A DNA stretch of 64,000 nt from Candidatus Aldehydirespiratoraceae bacterium (GTDB taxonomy: Bacteria > Actinomycetota > Acidimicrobiia > Acidimicrobiales > Aldehydirespiratoraceae): NCBI GenBank assembly GCA_047639555.1, contig JBLIOE010000020.1:4100-68099 (forward strand), written 5' to 3'. Both the position numbers and the translations under genes were made by a program. Under the pieces are notes generated by a model. That model saw nothing but the letters and a program-made list of their open reading frames with translations, did no database searches and was not told the DNA's origin. Shown here piece after piece: positions 55,656 to 64,000 of the stretch. The first letter of the stretch is position 1, and each line of letters begins with the position of its first letter.

Positions 55656-56732
55656 TCAGAGGGCGGGACGGATGCCGTAGGTGTCGCCGCCACCATTGGC
55701 GATGACATCGTCGAGCCAGGTGGTGCCGTAGCTGTCGGACACTTCTTGCGCCATGTCGCTCGCTTCGCCGGGCGGGGTGGACTCAAGGGTCCAGGCTTGG
55801 CGCTTGTAGGTCCAGTTGCTCGGATCGGCGGCGTGCGCCTGCTTCCAAAACGGAACCGCGGCGTCCTTCCCGACAGTGTCGTGAAGGTGGCACCCGAGCT
55901 CGAAGAGCGCGGCGGCGCGGCTGTGATCGATCGGACGAGGCAGCGAGGCCTCGATCACTTCGTGCGGGGCCATGGCGAAGCGGCTCTCGGCGCCGTTCTC
56001 GACCCAGTCGACGATCGCGGCCCGATAGTCCTCGCCTTGGTCGGGGAACTTCTTGATCTCGGTGAACAGCATCTTCATACGCTCGGGGAGGTCGTCGGTG
56101 ATTTCCACCGCCCGCATTGGCGAAGCTTCGAGTGATGCCGACTCGGGTGGCCGAACCAGCGTTCCAGTTTCGTCGATCCACACGGCCATCGGCACGTTGT
56201 TGATGCCGAGGTGTTGGTCGACCAGGTGATAGGGATCGAGCAGCGATGGATGAGTCGGCGACGCCGCCGCGATCCACTCGGTGGTCTTCGAAGGATCGAG
56301 ATCGAGGGCGACCGTGACAACGGTGAGTCCCTGGGATTCGAGTTCAGCGTGAAGTGCCTGCCACCCGGGCAGGCTGTGGCGACAACCTCACCACGAGGCC
56401 CAGGCGACAAGGAGTACCTTGCGGCCATGGAGCGAAGTGAGCGAGAAAGGGTTGCCGTCGGCGTCAGTGAATGGCAGGTCGGGGACGACCGCTGTTGTGA
56501 GTGCGCGACCGCCACTTTCTGGGCCGAGGGCGACGAGGCCATGGTCGGGATCTTCAACGATCGCCATGCCGAGTTTGTTGGCTACGACGGAGACATCAAG
56601 CTGTCCGTCCGCCATCACGGCTTCAGGAGCAGGGACACATTGCTCGCCCTTACAGAGCCCCTCGGGCTTCGATTGCCAACCCGTCGCCGCGGCGAACGAG
56701 TCGGTATCGACGGTCAGTGAGTCGAGGATCAT
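55656..56732 (-). CDS. TlpA/ResA-like thioredoxin-fold protein with in-frame TGA (56388..56390) at the catalytic position; candidate selenoprotein (alternatively a pseudogene)
   Basis: ORFs 56388..56732 and 55656..56195 share one frame (359 codons in total) interrupted only by this TGA. Read-through gives LLVAWASW-U-GCRHSLPGW...VTVALDLD...VPMAVWIDETGTLV. Confidence 0.55.
56356..56374 (-). other. SECIS-like hairpin 13 nt downstream of the in-frame TGA
   Basis: The minus strand reads GCCUGCC-CGGGU-GGCAGGC, a perfect 7-bp stem with a G-rich pentaloop. Confidence 0.4.
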
Positions 56733-56960
56733 GGGCGCACCCTAGGAGATTCGGCCGCCCCCAGCGAGATCACGCCCGCCGCGTCGCGAAGCGGGCGACC
56801 CGGCGGTGTCACAGGGTGTCAGTAGCTTCACTCTCACTTCCCCTCGTTGATCAATCTCTGAGGAGAAGGCTGATGCCATCCGACCACGATTTCTGACTGC
56901 AATCCCGTGAGTGGCTGATCCGATATCGCCCGAAAGAGCGACCTGGATGCCCGCTTCGAC

Positions 56961-57182
56961 GTGGTCGATGGTCACCTCCACAAGATGGGTGACCGGATGG
57001 ATCAGTCCGACTCGCGGCTCGGACGAATCGAGACCGATGTCCATGAAGTGAAGACAGAGATGAGGGAATTCCGAATGGAGTTCCACTCGATGAGTCGAGC
57101 GATCGTGCTGTCCGTCATGGCGATGGCTGTCATGCTGGCTGTTCTCGTGCTCACGATCGGCATCGCCGCCCTCGCGGCATAA
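56961..57182 (+). CDS. small C-terminally membrane-anchored protein with predicted helical N-terminus (hypothetical)
   Basis: 73 aa. Charged repeat-like helix (DRMDQSDSRLGRIETDVHEVKTEMREFRMEF) followed by one TM (AIVLSVMAMAVMLAVLVLTIGIAALAA). GTG 56961 or ATG 56985. Confidence 0.35.
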   Translation: MVDGHLHKMGDRMDQSDSRLGRIETDVHEVKTEMREFRMEFHSMSRAIVLSVMAMAVMLAVLVLTIGIAALAA

Positions 57183-57190
57183 CGCTTGCG

Positions 57191-58639
57191 TTAGCCCCTA
57201 TCGGCGAGGTCGTACTCGGCCATGAAGTAGGGGTGGTCGGGGTCGAAGTCGGTGAGAGTGGCGGGGTTGTCGACTTTGCCCATCGGCCGTGAGCCGGTGC
57301 CGACTACGCCGGCGGGCTCATTGCCGAGGTCGAGGCGGACTTCGTCGATCAGGGCACGAAGCCGCTCCACGATCTCGGTCTCAGTCTCGGCGACGTTGGT
57401 GGTCTCCGCGATGTCGTCGACCAGGTTGAAGAGCTGATCCTCTTGCTCGCCCTGCTTCAGTACATGGAGCTTCCACGGTCCGACGCGGACAGCTTCGATG
57501 TTTGGCCCGACTTGGTAGAAGAACGATCGTTCACCGTCGAGCGTGCGACCATCGAGGCCAAGCACTCCGGCAAGGTCGTGGCCGTCGATCGTGCGGTCGG
57601 TCGGAACGTCGGCACCACAGATGGCGGCCAGTGTGGGGTAGAGGTCGATCTGGGCACCGACGGCAGCGGACGTCCCCGTAGAGACATGTCCGGGCCAGCG
57701 CACGATGCACGGCACTCGTTGTCCGCCTTCCCATGTCTGCCCCTTCGATCCACGCAGGGGTGCGTTCGAGCCAGCTCCGCCCGACTCATGGGCCAGTGAA
57801 CCGTTGTCGCTGGTGAAGATCACGATCGTGTCGTCGTCAAGTCCGAGCTCGGCGAGTTCGGCGAGGATCACTCCCGTGACCCAGTCGACACACTCCACTG
57901 CGGCGCCATAGTCGCCGTTCTGCGAGGCCTTCTTGAATCGTTCCTGCACATAGATCGGCAGGTGCACATACATGTGGGCGAGGTACAGGAAGAACGGCTG
58001 GTCCTTGTTCGTGCGAATGAACCGCACGGCCTGTTCGAGATAGCGGTTGGTAAGTGAGGCCTGATCGGGCTGGGCTTCGAGCACGGCCTTGTCTTCGAGG
58101 AGGGGGAGCGGTGGTCGCACCCACGGCTCGGTAAGCCCCATCTTGCGAAGCATCTCTTCGATCTCGTCGGGCGTGAGCCCGTGGACCTTGTCGCCCGCGA
58201 TCTGCCGACCCATGTCGTTGCTATACGGAATGCCGTAGTACTCGTCGAAGCCATGAGAGGTAGGCAGGAACTCGGGTTGATCACCCAGGTGCCATTTGCC
58301 GACGAGTTTTGTCGCGTAGCCCTGCTCACTGAGGAGGCGAGCGATTGTTACCTCGGCCGGATTGAGACCGACCGACCAGCCGGGGAACAACACGCCGCCG
58401 AGGCCACCCGATGCGGCACCGCCGAAGCCCACCCGGAGCGGATAACACCCGGTCATCAGCGCGGCCCGCGACGGCGAGCAGACCGGTGACGTCGCATAGA
58501 AGTCGGTGAAGCGGGTGCCTTCCGCCGCCATCTTGTCGAGATGGGGTGTGCGGTTCAGTTCCGACCCATAACAACCGAGGTCGCCGTAGCCCAGGTCATC
58601 GCAGTTGATGAGAATGACGTTGGGAGCGCGTTCGGTCAT
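57191..58639 (-). CDS. arylsulfatase (formylglycine-dependent sulfatase family)
   Basis: NVILINCDDLGYGDLGCYG and the C-S-P-S-R formylglycine motif (SPVCSPSRAALMTG). Confidence 0.9.
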   Translation of the reverse strand: MTERAPNVILINCDDLGYGDLGCYGSELNRTPHLDKMAAEGTRFTDFYATSPVCSPSRAALMTGCYPLRVGFGGAASGGLGGVLFPGWSVGLNPAEVTIARLLSEQGYATKLVGKWHLGDQPEFLPTSHGFDEYYGIPYSNDMGRQIAGDKVHGLTPDEIEEMLRKMGLTEPWVRPPLPLLEDKAVLEAQPDQASLTNRYLEQAVRFIRTNKDQPFFLYLAHMYVHLPIYVQERFKKASQNGDYGAAVECVDWVTGVILAELAELGLDDDTIVIFTSDNGSLAHESGGAGSNAPLRGSKGQTWEGGQRVPCIVRWPGHVSTGTSAAVGAQIDLYPTLAAICGADVPTDRTIDGHDLAGVLGLDGRTLDGERSFFYQVGPNIEAVRVGPWKLHVLKQGEQEDQLFNLVDDIAETTNVAETETEIVERLRALIDEVRLDLGNEPAGVVGTGSRPMGKVDNPATLTDFDPDHPYFMAEYDLADRG

Positions 58640-59376
58640 GGCAGCATCATGCCGTCCGGTGAGCCTCCGCGAAAGATGGCGATGTCGCCCAGTGGTTTGC
58701 GAGCGAGATCGGGCACGACCACGCCGGGAAGCGGATGGCCAACCGGGAACATCGCGAACGGCCGTTCGGTGTCAGGTCGATCGAGGACCTTTCGGAGGAA
58801 GGCCATCGGGCTTGGGGTGTGGGGGAGGGTGATGAGGCCCGCCTGGTGGACCGCGGTGACGAACATGCCGGCTGCGATGCCGACGCTTTCCTTGACGTAG
58901 TAGTGCGTCTTCTTCGAGCCGTCGTGGTGGGTGCCGAAGCGCTGCTCGAAGAGCACCACGAGCCAGGGCGCGATCTCGAGGAACTCCTTGTGATGATCGG
59001 TACCGAGCGGTGCGAGCGCCGCCTGCCACTCCTCGTTCATCCGGTTCTCGAGATAGTTGGTGTGTTCCTCTTCCTCGGCGGCCGTTCGGATCTGGCGTTT
59101 GAGATCGGGATCGCTGATCGCAACGAACGTCCAGGGCTGCATGTGGGCGCCCGAGGGAGCCGTCGCCGCCGCTCTGATCAGGTTCTCGATCACCGACCGC
59201 GGCACTGGACGATCGTCGAACATGCGCACGCTGCGGCGCCGATCCATCTCGGCAAGAAACCGCTCTGATCGCTCGCCCAGCTCGCTATCGCTGACGGCCG
59301 GGTGATCGTGGGCGACGAACGGATGCGCCGCCGCAAGTGCGGAATCCGGATAGGGATGTTTGTAGTCCGTCATCAC
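58636..59376 (-). CDS. nitroreductase-superfamily flavoprotein, iodotyrosine-dehalogenase (IYD)-like subgroup
   Basis: RRSVRMFDDRPVPRSVIENLIRAAATAPSGAHMQPWTFV, and the EEEEHTNYLENRMNEEW insert typical of IYD-like proteins (from memory). The stop overlaps the sulfatase start (ATGA). Confidence 0.6.
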   Translation of the reverse strand: MMTDYKHPYPDSALAAAHPFVAHDHPAVSDSELGERSERFLAEMDRRRSVRMFDDRPVPRSVIENLIRAAATAPSGAHMQPWTFVAISDPDLKRQIRTAAEEEEHTNYLENRMNEEWQAALAPLGTDHHKEFLEIAPWLVVLFEQRFGTHHDGSKKTHYYVKESVGIAAGMFVTAVHQAGLITLPHTPSPMAFLRKVLDRPDTERPFAMFPVGHPLPGVVVPDLARKPLGDIAIFRGGSPDGMMLP

Positions 59377-59418
59377 TCGACGGTAGCCGCCGGCTCGCCA
59401 CCGGGTCGGGGCCGATTC

Positions 59419-61404
59419 TCAACTGATCGTGAGCTCGCTCGGGTAACTGGCGTTGGCGAACGCGTACCAAAGGTGGTCGCCGGAATCGTCGGGCGAGACC
59501 TTCAACATCAGCCCGCGATTTGTGTCGATCGAAGCGTTGATCAGGCCGAGGGTGATCGTTACTTTGCCGAAGTCGTTGCCGAAGGCCGCTTGGTTGAACG
59601 TGCCGGTTCCGCTGGCGAGTGCGACGCAGCCCGTCTTGTTCGCCGCGCAGTCGTAGAGGCCGACCGCCACGCGTCCATGCCTGTTGTTGTCGAAGTCCTT
59701 CGTCGCGAGCCAGATGTCGAGTCTCGGAGTTCCTACGAGAGAGAGGCCGCTGCCTGCGTTCACAAACCACTGCTGCATCTTGTCGTAGTTGGTTTCGGAC
59801 AGGCCTGCGCCTTTCTGCACAAGAAGCCCCGGCTCGTCGTCGTTGTCGGTGTCATAGTTCGCGAGCGGGCCAGCTGCGAGCGGTCCATCCAGCGGCAGGA
59901 ATGATTTGGACATCGCCCCCGCGGAACCGACGAACCACGACAGATCCGTCATCGACGGTGCGGTGGTCGTCGTGCTGCTTGTTGTTGCGGGTGACCCTGT
60001 CGTTGTGGTCGGGGCCGCCGAAGTTGTCGGATTGGCGAGCGGAGCGCCCGACGTCGTGCTCGACGGTGCCGCCGCGGCTTCGCCAGAAATGAGGGTGAGG
60101 TTTGGAGCGGCGATTGGATCCTCGAGGGAATCGGCGGTCACGGCTTCGGTCGGCGAGTCTTCCTCCTCGCGACCGGGCTCACCGGCGACAGCAGGCCCCT
60201 CAAGTGTGTTCGGCTCTTCCTCATCGGCCAAGAGACGTTCCGCACTTGGCGCCGGGGCGGCGGTTTCGTCCGGAGTGTATGGAGCGACAACGCCGATCGC
60301 CGATGCAACGACGACGGTCGCGATCGTTGCCACGGTCGCGCCCGTCGAGCCTGCGGCGTTCAACGGGACACGAACAAGATCGGGAAAGTGGGCAAGCCAT
60401 CCGGCCGGGCCTACAAGCCAACGCATCCGTCCCAACGAGATGCTCAGAAACGCTCGGACCAGAGTTGGGTCGAATTGTGTTCCCGCGTTCCGGAGGAGTT
60501 CGGCTCGCGCTTGTTCCGGCGGCAGCGGTTTCTTGTACGAGCGCGCCGCAGTCATCACGTCGAATGCGTCGGCGATGGCGACAATACGTCCAGCGAGAGA
60601 AATGTCCCGCCCCTGCAATCCGAGCGGGTACCCACCGCCGTCGTAGCGCTCGTGGTGTTGCAGTGCGGCGTCGGTCCAATCGCCGAGCCACGGGCGCAAG
60701 GGTTCGATATATCCCGCCGACGCGCCAGGGTGAGTTCTCAGCTCTTCCCATTCGGATTCCGTGGGGCGTCCGACCTTGTTGAGAATCGATTCGTCGACGC
60801 GCAGCTTGCCGATGTCATGGATCAGGGCTGCCCAGTTCAGCTTGGTCAGCTCAGCCTTACTGAGGCCAATCTCCTCGCCCAACATGATGGAATATGCACG
60901 AACTCGCTCGGAGTGTCCGCGGGTCTGGCGATCATGTCGGCCCAGTTCAGCCAGGAGCATCACGAGCCGTTCGGCCGCTACTTGTTGAGCGCTTGGTGCA
61001 GCGTCAGATCGAGCGACCGAGCGGGCCAGGGATCGGCCCGAGTTTTTGCGCATGGCGACGCGAAAACGGGACGGGGCTTCGTCGGGAAAGGCAAGGGACA
61101 GCTTGAAGAGCGCGGCGAGCGGGGCCAGGCGGCGAGTGAGCCGCTGCGCCGTCATCGCGGCGATGGTGGAGAGCACAATCAGTGCAGCCGCCCACACGAC
61201 AAACTGGATGACTCCGCTCGGTCGCCCGAGAAGCGGGAGAGTAAGACGAACCGCCACCATCCCGGCTAGGACCGGGACTGCAAACATGGCGAGGCGGATA
61301 ACCGCAGCCACGCCGCGGTGTGGCTGCCAGCTGCTCGCGTCGAGTCCCTCTGCCTGCGAAGACGCGGAACCGCCAGTTGCAGAAGTAGGAGTAGAGGTGT
61401 CCAC
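59419..61404 (-). CDS. membrane-bound HD-GYP domain protein (putative c-di-GMP phosphodiesterase) with extracytoplasmic C-terminal domain
   Basis: Two N-terminal TM helices. HD-GYP core HSERV...ALIHDIGK...HHERYDGGGYP. A third TM (ATVATIATVVVASAIGVVA), a Ser/Thr/Ala-rich linker and a ~200-aa C-terminal domain with two Cys follow. GTG start. Confidence 0.8.
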   Translation of the reverse strand: MDTSTPTSATGGSASSQAEGLDASSWQPHRGVAAVIRLAMFAVPVLAGMVAVRLTLPLLGRPSGVIQFVVWAAALIVLSTIAAMTAQRLTRRLAPLAALFKLSLAFPDEAPSRFRVAMRKNSGRSLARSVARSDAAPSAQQVAAERLVMLLAELGRHDRQTRGHSERVRAYSIMLGEEIGLSKAELTKLNWAALIHDIGKLRVDESILNKVGRPTESEWEELRTHPGASAGYIEPLRPWLGDWTDAALQHHERYDGGGYPLGLQGRDISLAGRIVAIADAFDVMTAARSYKKPLPPEQARAELLRNAGTQFDPTLVRAFLSISLGRMRWLVGPAGWLAHFPDLVRVPLNAAGSTGATVATIATVVVASAIGVVAPYTPDETAAPAPSAERLLADEEEPNTLEGPAVAGEPGREEEDSPTEAVTADSLEDPIAAPNLTLISGEAAAAPSSTTSGAPLANPTTSAAPTTTTGSPATTSSTTTTAPSMTDLSWFVGSAGAMSKSFLPLDGPLAAGPLANYDTDNDDEPGLLVQKGAGLSETNYDKMQQWFVNAGSGLSLVGTPRLDIWLATKDFDNNRHGRVAVGLYDCAANKTGCVALASGTGTFNQAAFGNDFGKVTITLGLINASIDTNRGLMLKVSPDDSGDHLWYAFANASYPSELTIS

Positions 61405-61491
61405 AACTTCCTATCGGAAGTTGTCGTGCGCCGACAAACGGGTCCAACGGCCCATAAAGACGCTTGAGCAACGTTCGATTTGGTGAGAGGT

Positions 61492-63072
61492 CTAATTGAA
61501 CGTTGTTACGGCGCGGTCGCGAAGTTCGTACTTCAGGACCTTGCCGCTCGCGTTGAGCGGAAGCTCGTCGACAAACTCGACGTAGCGGGGGCACTTGTAG
61601 TTGGCCATCTCGGCGCGGCACCACGTGATCATCGCGGCGGGGTCTTGGTCGGCGCCGGGAGCAGGCACGATGAAGGCGTAGCCGACTTCGCCCAGGCGAT
61701 CATCGGGCACACCAACCACGGCAACCTGGCCGATGCCGGGGTGATGCATCATCAGGTTCTCGATCTCGGCCGGGTAGGCGTTGAAGCCGCCATTGATGAA
61801 CATGTCCTTCACGCGGTCGGTGATATCGATATTGCCCCCGGTGTCCATCACCCCGATGTCACCCGTGTGGAGCCACCCGCTGGTATCGATTGTCTCGGCG
61901 GTCTTCTCCGGGTCGTTCAAGTATCCCTGCATGACGTTGTAGCCGCGGACGACGATCTCGCCGGGCTCGCCGCGAGGAACTTCGTTGCCCTCGGGGTCGT
62001 GGATCTCAACCTCAACATCGTCGACGGCCCGGCCGCTCGTCTTCGCGATGATTTCGGGGTCGTCGTCGTGGCGACACATCGTGGCTATGCCCGAGGATTC
62101 GGTGAGTCCGTAACCGGTAACGACCTTCTCGAAGCCGAGACGCTCCCGCATCTGCACGATCATCTCAACAGGGATCGCCGCCGCGCCGGTGACGGCCAGC
62201 CGTAGCGACGACATGTCCCACTGATCAAGATTCTCGGTATTGAGGATCGTCTGGTAAATCGCGGGCGGTCCGGGGAGCATCGAGACGCGTTCTTCGGGAA
62301 TTCGATTCATCACCGAGGGAACGTCGAATACCGCGTGGGGGATGATCGTTGAACCGGTCATGAGGCAGGCGAGGATGCCAGCATTGAGCCCGAACGAATG
62401 GAAGAACGGGTTGATGATCAGGTAGCGGTCCTGATCCATGCCGATCACGTTGGCCCACGACAAGTACGCCCGGCACACGGCCGAGTGGCCGAGCATGGCG
62501 CCCTTCGGGTCGCCGGTCGTGCCGGATGTGAACATGATGTGGCACAGGTCGTCGCCGCCAACGGTGGCCGTGCGAGCAGCCCGTTCGTCTTCGGTGACCT
62601 GATCGGCCCGAGCGAGATAGTCGGCGAATGAGGTGGCGCCTTCGGGTACGGCGCCCCGCAGAACAACGATCTCCTGGACCGAGTCGGGGACGCCGGCCTT
62701 GCGCAAGGAAGCGACATAGTCGCTGTCGAGAAAGTCGGTGACGGTGAACAACATCTTGGCGCTGCTGTTCCCGAGCGCGAAGGCCGCCTCGCGGCCTTTC
62801 CACCGAGTGTTCACCGGCACGACAACGCCGCCAGCGACATGCACGCCGAGTGCGGCAACGGCCCACTCCCAGATATTCGGAGCCCACACGGCAACCGTGT
62901 CACCCTTTTCGATACCACTCGCCATAAGGGCACGAGCGCTGGTATGGATCTGATCGCGGAACTCCACGAAGTTCCAGCGGACGTCACCGTCGACCATTGC
63001 TTCGGTGTCGGGAAAGCGCTCGGCGGCATCGGCGATCAGTGCGGGAATTGTTGCCCAGGGTGCGGTGGCCAT
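61492..63072 (-). CDS. AMP-dependent acyl-CoA synthetase (FadD-like)
   Basis: MFTSGTTGDPKGAM, GYGLTESSG, TGDIGVMDTGGNIDITDRVKDMFINGG, GKVLKYELR. Confidence 0.9.
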   Translation of the reverse strand: MATAPWATIPALIADAAERFPDTEAMVDGDVRWNFVEFRDQIHTSARALMASGIEKGDTVAVWAPNIWEWAVAALGVHVAGGVVVPVNTRWKGREAAFALGNSSAKMLFTVTDFLDSDYVASLRKAGVPDSVQEIVVLRGAVPEGATSFADYLARADQVTEDERAARTATVGGDDLCHIMFTSGTTGDPKGAMLGHSAVCRAYLSWANVIGMDQDRYLIINPFFHSFGLNAGILACLMTGSTIIPHAVFDVPSVMNRIPEERVSMLPGPPAIYQTILNTENLDQWDMSSLRLAVTGAAAIPVEMIVQMRERLGFEKVVTGYGLTESSGIATMCRHDDDPEIIAKTSGRAVDDVEVEIHDPEGNEVPRGEPGEIVVRGYNVMQGYLNDPEKTAETIDTSGWLHTGDIGVMDTGGNIDITDRVKDMFINGGFNAYPAEIENLMMHHPGIGQVAVVGVPDDRLGEVGYAFIVPAPGADQDPAAMITWCRAEMANYKCPRYVEFVDELPLNASGKVLKYELRDRAVTTFN

Positions 63073-63141
63073 GGCGCCTGACCCTAGTTTCCGGCTGGGT
63101 TTCGTGCCCCACTCGCAGAACGTGTGTGGGACAATTCGGCC

Positions 63142-63996
63142 ATGTCGAATCGGGGTCCCCGCGAGCTCGTCACGGACGCATTGATCGAGGAATATTCGCG
63201 AGATGGGGTGGTCTATCTGCGTGGTGTGGTGGACGCTGAGTGGATCGCCGAGCTGCGCGCCGGCGTCGACCGAAACATCGTCGACCCCGGCGAACGTGGC
63301 CGCGTGTGGAGCAAGGACGACTCCGGCGGTGTGATGACGTACGACTCGCAGTCGTGGCAGCGGGTCCCCGAATACCGACGGTTCATCGAGGAGTCGCCGA
63401 TGGCCGAGATTGCGGGTCGGGTTATGGGGTCAACCTCGGCCACGTTCTTCTTCGACGCAGTCTTCTTTCGTACCTTCGGCAATCAATTCCGGACGCCGTT
63501 CCATCAGGACGAGCCGTACTGGTCAGTCGACGGCTTCGACACAGTGTCGGCGTGGATGCCGCTCGTTCCCGTCGCCAAGGACAGCGCGCTGGAATGTGTT
63601 GCTGGCTCTCATCGCTGGAATGAGAAGTACCTACAGACCAACTTCGGCGAACTCACCGGCGACGACCGTGACCACGTGGTGTATACCGACGCGGCCGAAC
63701 GGGTGCCGTTCCCGAACATTGAAGACGAGCGCGATCGATATGACGTGCGGAGCTGGGACATGGAGCCCGGCGACATGGTCCTCTTCAACGGGCGGACCAT
63801 CCACGGCGGTTCCGGAAACCTCGCCGAAGGAAACGAACTCAAGGTCTTCAACACGAAGTGGTTGGGCGACGATGCCCGGGTGATCTTTCGGCCTGAAGGA
63901 ATGGACCCGGACCACTCCGCGGTGATGATTGGGGCTGGTCTCGCGCCGGGCGATCGCCCCGGCGGCTCCATGTACCCGACTCTCTGGTCGAGTTGA
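63142..63996 (+). CDS. phytanoyl-CoA dioxygenase (PhyH) family Fe(II)/2OG oxygenase
   Basis: PFHQDEPYW (H-x-D) and RTIHGGSGN. ATG 63142 (the longest ORF starts at GTG 63124). Confidence 0.8.
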   Translation: MSNRGPRELVTDALIEEYSRDGVVYLRGVVDAEWIAELRAGVDRNIVDPGERGRVWSKDDSGGVMTYDSQSWQRVPEYRRFIEESPMAEIAGRVMGSTSATFFFDAVFFRTFGNQFRTPFHQDEPYWSVDGFDTVSAWMPLVPVAKDSALECVAGSHRWNEKYLQTNFGELTGDDRDHVVYTDAAERVPFPNIEDERDRYDVRSWDMEPGDMVLFNGRTIHGGSGNLAEGNELKVFNTKWLGDDARVIFRPEGMDPDHSAVMIGAGLAPGDRPGGSMYPTLWSS

Positions 63997-64000
63997 GCGG

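Noticed and set aside
55656-56195. Treating 55656..56195 and 56388..56732 as two independent genes
   Set aside because: The downstream ORF would start at a GTG in the middle of a thioredoxin fold (..NNVPMAVWIDETG..). The 192 nt between the two ORFs continue the same frame with fold-consistent sequence, so one gene with a recoded or nonsense TGA explains the data better.
59990-60110. Low-complexity GC-rich stretch
   Set aside because: It encodes the Ser/Thr/Ala-rich linker of the HD-GYP protein and has no repeat-unit structure suggestive of a CRISPR or VNTR.
1-64000. Search by eye for tRNA/rRNA genes, CRISPR arrays, transposases, integrases and prophage genes
   Set aside because: No intergenic region is long enough or has the expected structure, and all gaps over 100 bp were read. 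The only mobile-element trace is the truncated pRiA4b-like fragment at 2602..2907. A covariance-model scan would still be needed to exclude small ncRNAs.

Overview
This is high-GC (roughly 65-68% by eye) actinobacterial-type chromosomal DNA, densely packed with about 55 genes. Many genes are translationally coupled through ATGA/GTGA stop-start overlaps. I found no rRNA, tRNA, CRISPR array, transposase or integrase by eye. Most genes encode soluble catabolic or redox enzymes: crotonases, SDRs, LLM oxidoreductases, amidohydrolases, TauD/PhyH dioxygenases, a CoA-transferase and acyl-CoA ligases. There are also three transporter sets: a molybdate ABC system and two branched-chain-amino-acid-type (HAAT) ABC systems. 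Five loci stand out. (1) A TlpA/ResA-like thioredoxin-fold gene (55656..56732, minus) has one in-frame TGA exactly at the catalytic-Cys position, followed by a SECIS-like hairpin, so it is a candidate selenoprotein. (2) A HAAT-type ABC system has extreme gene fusions, an MFS-domain::LivF-ATPase protein plus a LivH::LivM::LivG protein. It has no binding-protein gene and is coupled to an FMN 2-hydroxy-acid oxidase (34124..40910). (3) A minimal type VII secretion-like locus consists of one WXG100 gene plus an FHA-bearing three-ATPase FtsK/SpoIIIE protein (6065..10484). (4) A PrnB/IDO-like gene is coupled to a kynureninase-like gene (3491..5793). (5) An HD-GYP phosphodiesterase carries an unassigned extracytoplasmic C-terminal domain (59419..61404). 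Family assignments come from motifs read by eye, not from database searches. Start codons are often uncertain by tens of nucleotides.
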